Origin: a bacterium
GTDB taxonomy: Bacteria > Patescibacteriota > Saccharimonadia > Saccharimonadales > AWTP1-31
DNA: 64,000 nt
NCBI GenBank assembly: GCA_030426125.1
Contig: JAUHZB010000002.1
Location: 3,633-67,632, forward strand
Direction of reading: 5' to 3'
Under the pieces are notes generated by a model. That model did no database searches. It was not told the DNA's origin and saw only the letters and a program-made list of their open reading frames with translations. Each line of letters begins with the position of its first letter. The stretch's first letter is position 1. Positions 16,233 to 23,779 of the stretch are shown piece after piece. Made by a program: the position numbers and the translations under genes.

Positions 16233-16895
16233 TTGACCTGCTCTTATGATAAAATGCAACGCATGATTCATGTTAAAGCCCTAGATGTAAATAAAGCGTG
16301 GCGAGAAATACTCATAAAGCTACTAAACGATGGCGGTAAGACTGGGAATGATAAATATTTGCGGGACGAGTTTGCTGTAATTGAGATTGATGACCCAGCA
16401 GTTATTCCTGCGGACAAACTATTTCCCATGCTACAAAAAGATCTCGATGTAATAAACGAATACATTCACAGCGGAAACAATGAGAAAGATGTAGTGCACG
16501 AGTGGACAAAACTTTATTATCACCGTGCGTTCGATGAGCCAAATTCACAAATAGAATTTCTTATTAAAAAGCTCGATCCTGAATGGCCCAAAGGTGAGGC
16601 ACAGATATCTATGTGGGACAAGAACGTTGATCAGCATCAAGAAATATCGCCCTGCACCCAAATCATTTGGGCGCGCATAAAACATGGCAAGCTGGAGTTA
16701 CACGTCCATGCAAACTCATCAGACGCTTATAAAAAGCTGCTTATGAATATGCTTGAGTTTATCTCGCTTCAGCATTATATTGCAGAAAAAGTTGGTATCC
16801 CCATTGGGAAGTATGTTCATGCACTGGATTCTTGTCATTTGCACACGAAAGATGTAGACAAAATTAATGAGATAAAAGGACAACTAGCATACTAG
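16233..16895 (+). CDS. minimal thymidylate-synthase-fold protein (ThyA-like, archaeal-size)
   Basis: ISPC(141)TQIIWARIKHGKLELHVHANSSDAYKKLLMNMLEF...HALDSCHLH aligns with ThyA [37 protein letters not shown]...GGDTHLY. It is about 210-220 aa versus about 264 aa for ThyA. The start is ambiguous (16233, 16254 or 16263). Confidence 0.6.
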   Translation: MTCSYDKMQRMIHVKALDVNKAWREILIKLLNDGGKTGNDKYLRDEFAVIEIDDPAVIPADKLFPMLQKDLDVINEYIHSGNNEKDVVHEWTKLYYHRAFDEPNSQIEFLIKKLDPEWPKGEAQISMWDKNVDQHQEISPCTQIIWARIKHGKLELHVHANSSDAYKKLLMNMLEFISLQHYIAEKVGIPIGKYVHALDSCHLHTKDVDKINEIKGQLAY

Positions 16896-16930
16896 TTGCA
16901 TAATGAACAAATATGTGATATAAATGTCAC

Positions 16931-18139
16931 ATGAATACAGAGGCGTTACTCCCTGGATTGAATCATACGGTAAGAGGTTCTGAGTGCGCGCCCGAAATAA
17001 CCGAAGATTATCGCGAAACACTAAACAAACTAGTTCTTACACACCAAAATGGAGTAACCCATTTTTTGGGTGGTCCACTCGATCTGGATGACGACAAAAA
17101 AGTGTGGCTTTCTCCTGTTGGGGTTGATGACGGCGAGACATACTCATACTTCCAGTTAATCTACGTAAATACAGACCCACTTGAATTGCAAGATGATCCA
17201 GCATCAGTTCCTGCTTCTCTGCTTGAAGTTGATGAAGCTGGTTACAAACTTACACCTCATGATCACCCAGGGTATACCCAGTTAATGAATCAATTTTCGG
17301 GGAAAATGAAGCAAGTTTTGGTTCGTCATTGCAATAGTGGGATGGCATATTACCCTCGAGCAATAACACCAACTCTTGATAAGATGACTATAGATGCTCA
17401 CTTGGATCGTGTTGTTTCGGTACTTGGGATAAGAGAACCTGAAGTTAGCATTACTCTGAGCAAGCCATCTGATGCTGAAGAAATTGACTTGAGTGCAAAC
17501 GTATTGCGCGCCACACACGCAAGGAAATACGCCTTTCGTGGTGCCGAAGTTCATTCATATGGTCTAGTGTTAGATGACGACCCTTGGAAGTATTACGAGG
17601 TGTTTACCCCCCACCCTGTTGAGGATATGCCAAAAGAAGATGTCTTGCTTCGTGTAGACTCAGGTTGTGATATTGGTCAAATCTTTGATGATAGAGGCTG
17701 TGATTGTCGTGAGCAACTGCATACCGCATTGTCTGAAATACAAGACATCGGAACTGGTGCGGTGATTCACATTCCTGCTCAAGATGGACGAGGCTTTGGT
17801 GCGGCTACCAAAATGGAAACTGAGGGTATGAAACGAGGAATCGAGGTCGCGACTAACCTTGGAAATGCCGTACCATATGACACTATAACAGCAGCACAAG
17901 TACTACTTGGTGATGAGTTTGATATCCGAACCTATTCTGGCGCAGGAAGAATACTCAGCATGCTCGGTATCCGTTCAGTTTTCCTTCAAACAGATAATCG
18001 GCTTAAAGCCGAAGGGCTTTCTGAGGGAGGTATATCTGTTACACGTAAGCCGACAAATACAACTGGCGTAAGAGGTGCCGAAAACCACATAGCCGCAAAG
18101 CATAGGCACAACGACATATACTATGGCGATGAGGATTAG
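16931..18139 (+). CDS. GTP-cyclohydrolase-II-like protein with ~190-aa N-terminal extension (URC1-like architecture)
   Basis: Residues about 190-400 align with RibA. LLRVDSGC246-x10-C257DC259 has the same spacing as the E. coli zinc triad. Also DGRGFG and LGIRSVFLQTDN..K. The N-terminal 190 aa are not RibB-like. Confidence 0.65.
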   Translation: MNTEALLPGLNHTVRGSECAPEITEDYRETLNKLVLTHQNGVTHFLGGPLDLDDDKKVWLSPVGVDDGETYSYFQLIYVNTDPLELQDDPASVPASLLEVDEAGYKLTPHDHPGYTQLMNQFSGKMKQVLVRHCNSGMAYYPRAITPTLDKMTIDAHLDRVVSVLGIREPEVSITLSKPSDAEEIDLSANVLRATHARKYAFRGAEVHSYGLVLDDDPWKYYEVFTPHPVEDMPKEDVLLRVDSGCDIGQIFDDRGCDCREQLHTALSEIQDIGTGAVIHIPAQDGRGFGAATKMETEGMKRGIEVATNLGNAVPYDTITAAQVLLGDEFDIRTYSGAGRILSMLGIRSVFLQTDNRLKAEGLSEGGISVTRKPTNTTGVRGAENHIAAKHRHNDIYYGDED

Positions 18140-18151
18140 GATTAGGCTGTC

Positions 18152-19033
18152 ATGACTATAGATGCCACAACTACCTTTAGCTCTCCAGGAATCGAGAAGA
18201 TTCGCAATCGTTGGGTTGAAACTGATTCAATGGCGGGTGTAGGAATTGATCCTGACATTGACAAGATACCGCCCGAGATATGGGGAGAGATTGGTCTGGA
18301 AGGAGACACGGCCGATGCGATTTTCCTTTTCAACAAGATGGTTATTGATGCGACCGTAGATCACGCAGTAGACTTTAAAGTAAATTCAAACTTCTTTCAG
18401 GGTGAACTAGGTCGCAAGGCGCTTGCCACTACTTTCGCATACCTCAAAGAAGAGTACCCAGCAGTCCTAAGAGTTTGCGACGGCAAATTTGCTGACGTTG
18501 GGCATACTGCAGACAAAATTGCTGAAGAAGTATTTGGAGAACTCGATGCGGATGCGGTTCTTTTGAATCCATATTTGGGGTTCGATGCAATACGACCCTT
18601 TACAGACTGGAAGGATAAATTATCAATACTATGCGTCAATACCTCTAATCCATCAGCATCAGAAGTTCAGGGCTTGCCTCTTGCTGGTGGTGTTCCGCTT
18701 TGGAGACACATACTAGAGCTTGGTCTCTCAGACTGGAACTATAATCAAAACGTTGTGCCAGTACTAAGCGCAACTCATGCTAGTAATCTAGAAGGTATAC
18801 GAGACGAAATTGGCGATGTGCCAGTTGTATTGGCGGGCGTCGGGTCTCAAGGTGGCGATCTTGGAGTAAGCGTACCCCACTGCCTGGACGATAGCGGGTA
18901 TGGACTTATGATTAGTGCTTCAAGAGCAATCCTCTACCCTGAGCGAGAACCTGGCGAAAGTCTAGGTGACGCATCAAGGCGGGCTGTAGTTAATTTGAAA
19001 CAAGCTATAAATAATGCAAAAGGAAATGTATGA
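18152..19033 (+). CDS. type-2 orotidine-5'-phosphate-decarboxylase-like protein
   Basis: GVGIDPD, FKVNSNFF, and the catalytic-type D-x-K-x-x-D in VCDGKFADVGHT. At 293 aa it is typical of long (type 2) PyrF. Confidence 0.6.
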   Translation: MTIDATTTFSSPGIEKIRNRWVETDSMAGVGIDPDIDKIPPEIWGEIGLEGDTADAIFLFNKMVIDATVDHAVDFKVNSNFFQGELGRKALATTFAYLKEEYPAVLRVCDGKFADVGHTADKIAEEVFGELDADAVLLNPYLGFDAIRPFTDWKDKLSILCVNTSNPSASEVQGLPLAGGVPLWRHILELGLSDWNYNQNVVPVLSATHASNLEGIRDEIGDVPVVLAGVGSQGGDLGVSVPHCLDDSGYGLMISASRAILYPEREPGESLGDASRRAVVNLKQAINNAKGNV

Positions 19034-19671
19034 GCGAATTTATAGTTACTGCTGAGTCTAGAGAGGCGGAAATGTGTAGGCTCATGGACAGGCATTTGAC
19101 TATGGATCGAGTTTTTGTACTGCTTCTTGGTCCATCTGCTACTGGCAAATCTACGCTAATCCGGGAGATGAATGCTCGATCAGGTGATATTAGCTTTGAG
19201 TATGTAAAACCAACCATGACACGACCCAATCGACCTGGTGAAGTCGATAAAGTGTCTGTATCAGATCAGGAGTTTGATGAGTTAGAGCAATCTGGAAAGT
19301 TCGTTGTTGTTAACGAATTATACGGCGTCAGGTATGGAACGCCATTAGAAGGCATATTGACGCCATTAGCTCAAGGCTCAACTCCCATACTTGACTACCC
19401 TATCGATACGGTAGACCAACTAGAGCGTAGTGAGTATGACATGTTGCGCTTCTATGTGTATCCTGGCTCCACGGAAGAATGGGCATCACGTGTGGAATCT
19501 AGTGGCAGAAATACAGACGGTCGTCTTGAGCGGGGTCTCAAGGAGCTCGGCTCTTTAGCAATTGGAATTGAGCACCCTGCTATTGATGTAAGTATTGTGA
19601 ATGCTGACGGGCAGGCAAACGCAGCAGCCTCAGAGATTCTTTCCGTATTAAGCAGAATTCAACAATCATAG
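19030..19671 (+). CDS. guanylate-kinase-fold nucleoside-monophosphate kinase
   Basis: P-loop LLGPSATGKST. TMTRPNRPGEV compares with HTTRQPRPGEV, and YGVRYGTP with GNYYGTS. ATGA overlap with the upstream gene. Confidence 0.6.
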   Translation: MSEFIVTAESREAEMCRLMDRHLTMDRVFVLLLGPSATGKSTLIREMNARSGDISFEYVKPTMTRPNRPGEVDKVSVSDQEFDELEQSGKFVVVNELYGVRYGTPLEGILTPLAQGSTPILDYPIDTVDQLERSEYDMLRFYVYPGSTEEWASRVESSGRNTDGRLERGLKELGSLAIGIEHPAIDVSIVNADGQANAAASEILSVLSRIQQS

Positions 19672-19686
19672 TTGTTTATTCTTTGG

Positions 19687-20061
19687 TTACTCTTGTCGTG
19701 CTTGGTATTGCTCTGCACTTCTAAATGTCTGTATTGCACCTGGAACGATTCGATAAGCAGCTCGGTCTTCTTGTTTATAAATCATAGGTGTGCCAAGTAT
19801 ACTTTCACACGATCCACATGCCAACGCTCCAGCTTCTTTGATAGTAGTAGCATCTACTTCTCTCTGCTGATCTACCAATTCAGGTGGCCAGACAATTCTG
19901 TCGGCGTAGCACCTTAGCAACCGACCAGGGCCGTCTTTTTGATAAACCATTGTAGGTTCATCGCAGTTTTCGCAAGCTATGTATAGAAACTTAGAAGGAC
20001 CACCACGAGCCTTCGAGAATCTATCCTTAGTTGGTTTGAACTTCTGTCCAGGGAATTCCAT
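19687..20061 (-). CDS. zinc-ribbon-like hypothetical protein
   Basis: ATG 20061 (MEFPGQKF) lies 7 nt after a TATAAT. It has two Cys pairs (CENC ... CGSC). Convergent with the kinase gene, with 15 nt between the stops. Confidence 0.5.
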   Translation of the reverse strand: MEFPGQKFKPTKDRFSKARGGPSKFLYIACENCDEPTMVYQKDGPGRLLRCYADRIVWPPELVDQQREVDATTIKEAGALACGSCESILGTPMIYKQEDRAAYRIVPGAIQTFRSAEQYQARQE

Positions 20062-20140
20062 GTAGCCTATTATACAATAATAATTCAATATATACTACTC
20101 TTGTGCACGGCCAACTGCACCATCTCTCAGTCTTCGCCAG

Positions 20141-20299
20141 CCCTTTCTTCTTCTGCTCCCTGTTAAATAAGAAGAGACTTATGTCCTCTCGCAAGGAACA
20201 CAGGTCTCTTCCGGCTAACAGATGTTGTCTTATTTCAACAGGGTAGGTCACGGAACCCGGACGGGTTTTCAACTGCCCAGTCGCCACCTAGAGAAAGGG
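20141..20299. ncRNA. candidate structured RNA of unknown class (nested long-hairpin, ~160 nt core)
   Basis: Nested complementary segments: 20141-48/20292-99, 20158-72/20228-43 (one bulge), 20171-78/20204-11 and 20184-87/20194-97, plus hairpin 20254-67. The only ORF here (20027..20287) has poor composition. Strand and class are undetermined. Confidence 0.3.
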
Positions 20300-20430
20300 T
20301 CACTTCCAGAACTATTTAACAGAGGTGCATGATTGATCTATATAGATTTCAGTGTCTCGAACAACCAAGCTATGTATTCAGAATTTAGGGAAACTGGGTT
20401 CGAACCCAGTAACAGATAAGGAGTAGTGTC

Positions 20431-20466
20431 CAAGAAATAGAAAAGATCGGTCTAGGAAACCGATCT
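20431..20466 (-). terminator. rho-independent terminator after tRNA-Asn
   Basis: 8-bp stem AGATCGGT/ACCGATCT (20444-51 / 20459-66), 7-nt loop, followed on the minus strand by TTTTCTATTTCTT. Confidence 0.7.
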
Positions 20467-20486
20467 ACGTCTGTTAGTGCTTGATC

Positions 20487-20561
20487 TGGCTCCCGGGGTC
20501 GGATTCGAACCGACAACCTCGAAGTTAACAGCTTCTTGCTCCACCGTTGAGCTACCCGGGA
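20487..20561 (-). tRNA. tRNA-Asn (anticodon GUU), CCA encoded
   Basis: Manual cloverleaf. Acceptor TCCCGGG/CCCGGGA. D-arm GCTC-AACGGTG-GAGC. Anticodon loop CTGTTAA. T-arm GTCGG-TTCGAAT-CCGAC. Discriminator G plus CCA. Confidence 0.9.
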
Positions 20562-20663
20562 ATAGTTTGGTCTTTGTATTTGCCTTATATAACTATGGGA
20601 ATTAGCTAGCTATGTTAGCTATATCCTTATATAACCCGTGAATTATAACAAATATAGTACTTC

Positions 20664-21209
20664 TTAAACAAGATCAAACATTGTTAGCCAACCTTTGGCA
20701 GAAATTGGGTATTTAGGATCTCCCTGCTTCATGCCCTCGACAACCGTCTTTTTATCCACCCACTGAAGCTGTTCTACTTCTTCGGGTTGTGCTTTGAACT
20801 TTTCTATCGGCCAGTCACAGTAAATCCGGTAACCTTGGGCTAATCTGGAACCTACCCCTGCTTTGTACAGTACTTGCTTGGCCTTAATTAGCTTAAAGTC
20901 ATCGAGTCCAATTTCTTCTTGAACTTCCCTTGTTGCTGTATCGAGGTAGCTATCGTCATTTTCTACCGTGCCCTCAACAGCACAGGTCCAAAGTCCAGGA
21001 CCTAGACGCTTTTTTAGTGAACGTTGTTGGAGTAGTACCTGCCCTTTTGAGTTTTCTATCCAGACACAGATAATCTTCCAAGTATATTCATCTGTTAATT
21101 GTGAGCGCCTTACTTTTTTAATAGTTTTTCCGTTTGGATCAACCACAGCAACTAATTCGTTGCTATCACTAGGGTTGTTGTCTATTTGCTTGGTTTTGTC
21201 GCTACTCAT
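20664..21209 (-). CDS. NUDIX hydrolase
   Basis: Nudix box GTVENDDSYLDTATREVQEEIGL (Gx5Ex7REUxEExGU). Confidence 0.8.
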   Translation of the reverse strand: MSSDKTKQIDNNPSDSNELVAVVDPNGKTIKKVRRSQLTDEYTWKIICVWIENSKGQVLLQQRSLKKRLGPGLWTCAVEGTVENDDSYLDTATREVQEEIGLDDFKLIKAKQVLYKAGVGSRLAQGYRIYCDWPIEKFKAQPEEVEQLQWVDKKTVVEGMKQGDPKYPISAKGWLTMFDLV

Positions 21210-21353
21210 CGTTATATATTAACACTACTGGTCTGTTACCTAGGAATTATAGTCGGATATATTCATTTATCTAATTTATTCGATACACCTTTCCGGTATA
21301 TTTATAGCCCTTCTTGGTTATGGTATAATTACTTTAGTTAAATAAAGATAAAA

Positions 21354-23210
21354 ATGAACAAAAAATATATCTGGATTTTCTCTCCACTACTATTGTTTGG
21401 ACTGATTGGTTTGTTTGCTTTTTCTTTCAGTTCAGATCGGCTTTCATCAACAGATAACACTAGACAGGATTCAGAACAAGGCTTAGTACAAGACAATAAG
21501 AAGCCTGTTAGTAATGATTCAAGCCAACAAGCTAGTAGCTCTGGTAGTTATGGTGATAGTCAGGGATCAAGCTCTGCCAACTCCTTTGCTAATGCTAGTA
21601 GTTCCTTAGCCCCTAGCTCTAAGCACAAATCTGATTCAGTTTATGAGCAATCAGCTAAAGTAAGTCTAGATGGGGTAGTAGATCGCTCTAGTGATCAAAA
21701 AGTTACCTTTAGTCAGAATGATGACAACTATCCTCTAATTTCCTATCAAACACAGGCAGCTCCGAATGATACCAACGCAGTTCAGGATTGGACTAACGAT
21801 AGTGGTATGCAAACCGTTTGGGACGCCGGCTACGGAGACAATGAAACAACCATTGCGGTTATTGATTCCGGATTTTCTCTGCAACATCAAGAATTTACAG
21901 ATCGCTGGCTATTTAACTCCGGCGAATCCGGTGTGACTTTAAGTGAAAATCCCAGTCAACTAAATTGCACTGACCAAGAAATAGCACTCGACGCTTCTTG
22001 TAATCTAATAGATGACGATTTCGATACCATAGTAGACAACGAATCAGGCGCTGTGGGTATAGAAAACCCTAGTCAGCTAAACTGCACTGATCAAGAGCTT
22101 GATCTAGATAAATCTTGCAACCTGATTGATGACGACTCTAATGGTTATGTAGACGATAATTTAGGCTGGGACTTCATAAACTACGACTTTTCGGTAGAAG
22201 CTGGGCAAACTAATCCGCTGGGTGATACTACTGGACATGGAACCCAGGTTAGCGGTATTGCGGCAGCTACCGGCAATAACGGAGTTGGGATAGCTGGCGT
22301 TAATTGGTATAGCAAGATATTACCTATTCAGGCAATTGATGATGATGGTTACGGCAATACTCTGACTGTTAGCCGAGCTATAGACTACGCAGTAGCTAGA
22401 GGGGTTGATGTCATAAATTTAAGTCTGGGTAGTACCGAGTATGACGCCTATCTTCGGACAGCCGTAGATAATGCTATCGAGGCTGGCGTAGTAGTGGTTG
22501 CTGCCGCTGGTAACGATAGTTGTAACTGTATTCGTTACCCAGCAAATTTTCCGGAAGTCTATAGCGTTGGTGCTGTTGATCAGTCTGGTGATGTCGCTAG
22601 TTTTTCCAATACCGGAGCCCAAATGGACCTTATGGCTTCCGGTGTTTCGTTAATTGCTCCAACCTGGGTTCAGGCGGCCGATAACTATTACGCCACTGCA
22701 ATAAACGGTACTTCTTTCTCTACTCCAATAGTTAGCGGTCTCCTGGCTCTACTTAAAAGCCATCAGCCAGATGCTAGCTGGGATGAATTAACGGCGCTAT
22801 TGTCTGAGACTGCCGATAAAGCCAAGCTTGGTTCTAGCAGTAGAAGTAGTGGCTACGGTTTCGGGTTACTTAATGCTTCAGCTGCTATTGCCCGCGCCAC
22901 TCAGCCGGCTAGTTTAGATTACGTCATTCAACTAGGTCCTCAGCTGACAACCGAGTTCCTAGGCTCATCACGGGCCCGAGTGTGCGATAGCTCTAATAAA
23001 GGAAGTCAGGCGGTTTACCAGCTGACGTTTGGGCGGACTAATAAGTATACGGTTAGTGAGCTACTGAATTACCAATACAGTAGTGATGGATGGTCGTCCA
23101 GAAGAGTCGGCTATGTCTGCAGTGGCTTGCCGACTGATGTCATTGATACTATTCGCAGTATTAATCTAGTTTCCGAAATTAAGAACCTGCACCCCAAACG
23201 AGGTTTTTAG
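21354..23210 (+). CDS. secreted S8 (subtilisin-like) serine peptidase with Cys-containing acidic tandem repeats
   Basis: N-terminal TM/signal. Catalytic triad contexts AVIDSGF (Asp), HGTQVSGIAAA (His) and GTSFSTPIVSG (Ser). There is a 39-aa repeat in two copies between the Asp and His. Confidence 0.85.
   Translation: MNKKYIWIFSPLLLFGLIGLFAFSFSSDRLSSTDNTRQDSEQGLVQDNKKPVSNDSSQQASSSGSYGDSQGSSSANSFANASSSLAPSSKHKSDSVYEQSAKVSLDGVVDRSSDQKVTFSQNDDNYPLISYQTQAAPNDTNAVQDWTNDSGMQTVWDAGYGDNETTIAVIDSGFSLQHQEFTDRWLFNSGESGVTLSENPSQLNCTDQEIALDASCNLIDDDFDTIVDNESGAVGIENPSQLNCTDQELDLDKSCNLIDDDSNGYVDDNLGWDFINYDFSVEAGQTNPLGDTTGHGTQVSGIAAATGNNGVGIAGVNWYSKILPIQAIDDDGYGNTLTVSRAIDYAVARGVDVINLSLGSTEYDAYLRTAVDNAIEAGVVVVAAAGNDSCNCIRYPANFPEVYSVGAVDQSGDVASFSNTGAQMDLMASGVSLIAPTWVQAADNYYATAINGTSFSTPIVSGLLALLKSHQPDASWDELTALLSETADKAKLGSSSRSSGYGFGLLNASAAIARATQPASLDYVIQLGPQLTTEFLGSSRARVCDSSNKGSQAVYQLTFGRTNKYTVSELLNYQYSSDGWSSRRVGYVCSGLPTDVIDTIRSINLVSEIKNLHPKRGF
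21945..22136 (+). repeat. 117-nt period coding repeat inside the S8 peptidase
   Basis: ENPSQLNCTDQE(I/L).LD.SCNLIDDD occurs at 21945-22019 and again at 22062-22136. Confidence 0.8.
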
Positions 23211-23252
23211 TAGTCAGTAGATTATTAAAATTAAGCTTTTGACTGTACTTTA

Positions 23253-23726
23253 CTAGTTGCGGTTTCTAAGCTCTCTAGCCATATCTATTTTTGTAGTTCT
23301 TTTTTTGATAGTCTCGCGTTTATCGTAGCGTTTTTTACCTCGACCTAGAGCTAGTCGTAGCTTGATGTAGCGACCAGCAGTTAATAGTTCTAAGGGTACA
23401 ATAGCTCTACCCTGTTCTTTGGCGCTTATTAGGCGCTTTAGTTCACTACGTTTTACCAGTAGTTTTCGGGAGCGGGTTTGATCAGCTTCAGAAATTGGAA
23501 TGCCAGACATTGGCGAGATGGTGGCGTTTATCAGCCATAGTTCATTGTCTTTGAGCGTAACAAAGGCACCACGAAGCTGCCCATGTCCATGACGTAGAGC
23601 CTTGGTCTCTGCACCGCTGAGCTGGATGCCAGCAACTAAGCTGTCTTCTAGTTGGTAATCATGTCGGGCTCGACGGTTGCTGATTCTTTTGGTAGTGGTA
23701 GCTTTTTGTTTAGCCATAGACTCCAT
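23253..23726 (-). CDS. smpB: SsrA-binding protein SmpB
   Basis: NRRARHDYQLEDSLVAGIQLSGAETKALR...GRYIKLRLALGRGKKRYDKRE are typical SmpB N- and C-terminal signatures. Confidence 0.9.
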   Translation of the reverse strand: MESMAKQKATTTKRISNRRARHDYQLEDSLVAGIQLSGAETKALRHGHGQLRGAFVTLKDNELWLINATISPMSGIPISEADQTRSRKLLVKRSELKRLISAKEQGRAIVPLELLTAGRYIKLRLALGRGKKRYDKRETIKKRTTKIDMARELRNRN

Positions 23727-23779
23727 TGTAATAGATTAAGTATGTATTTGCAATGAATATGAATATATGTTCTAGTAAA

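Noticed and set aside
20027-20287. An 86-aa minus-strand ORF across the tRNA-Asn-proximal spacer.
   Set aside because: It overlaps the start of the zinc-ribbon gene, has no start context, and coincides with the nested-helix region. It is better explained as RNA.
20095-20440. tmRNA (smpB is 3 kb away), RNase P RNA or SRP RNA.
   Set aside because: Against tmRNA:
- There is no GGGG...UUCGAC 5' end.
- There is no G3-U70 acceptor.
- There is no tag ORF.
- The acceptor-like tail lacks CCA, and its partner strand is absent.

Against the others:
- The RNase P signatures GGAAAGUCCGG and ACAGAACCCGGCUUA are absent in the correct order on either strand.
- There is no SRP GGAA-tetraloop/AGCA motif.

I kept the region only as an unclassified RNA candidate.
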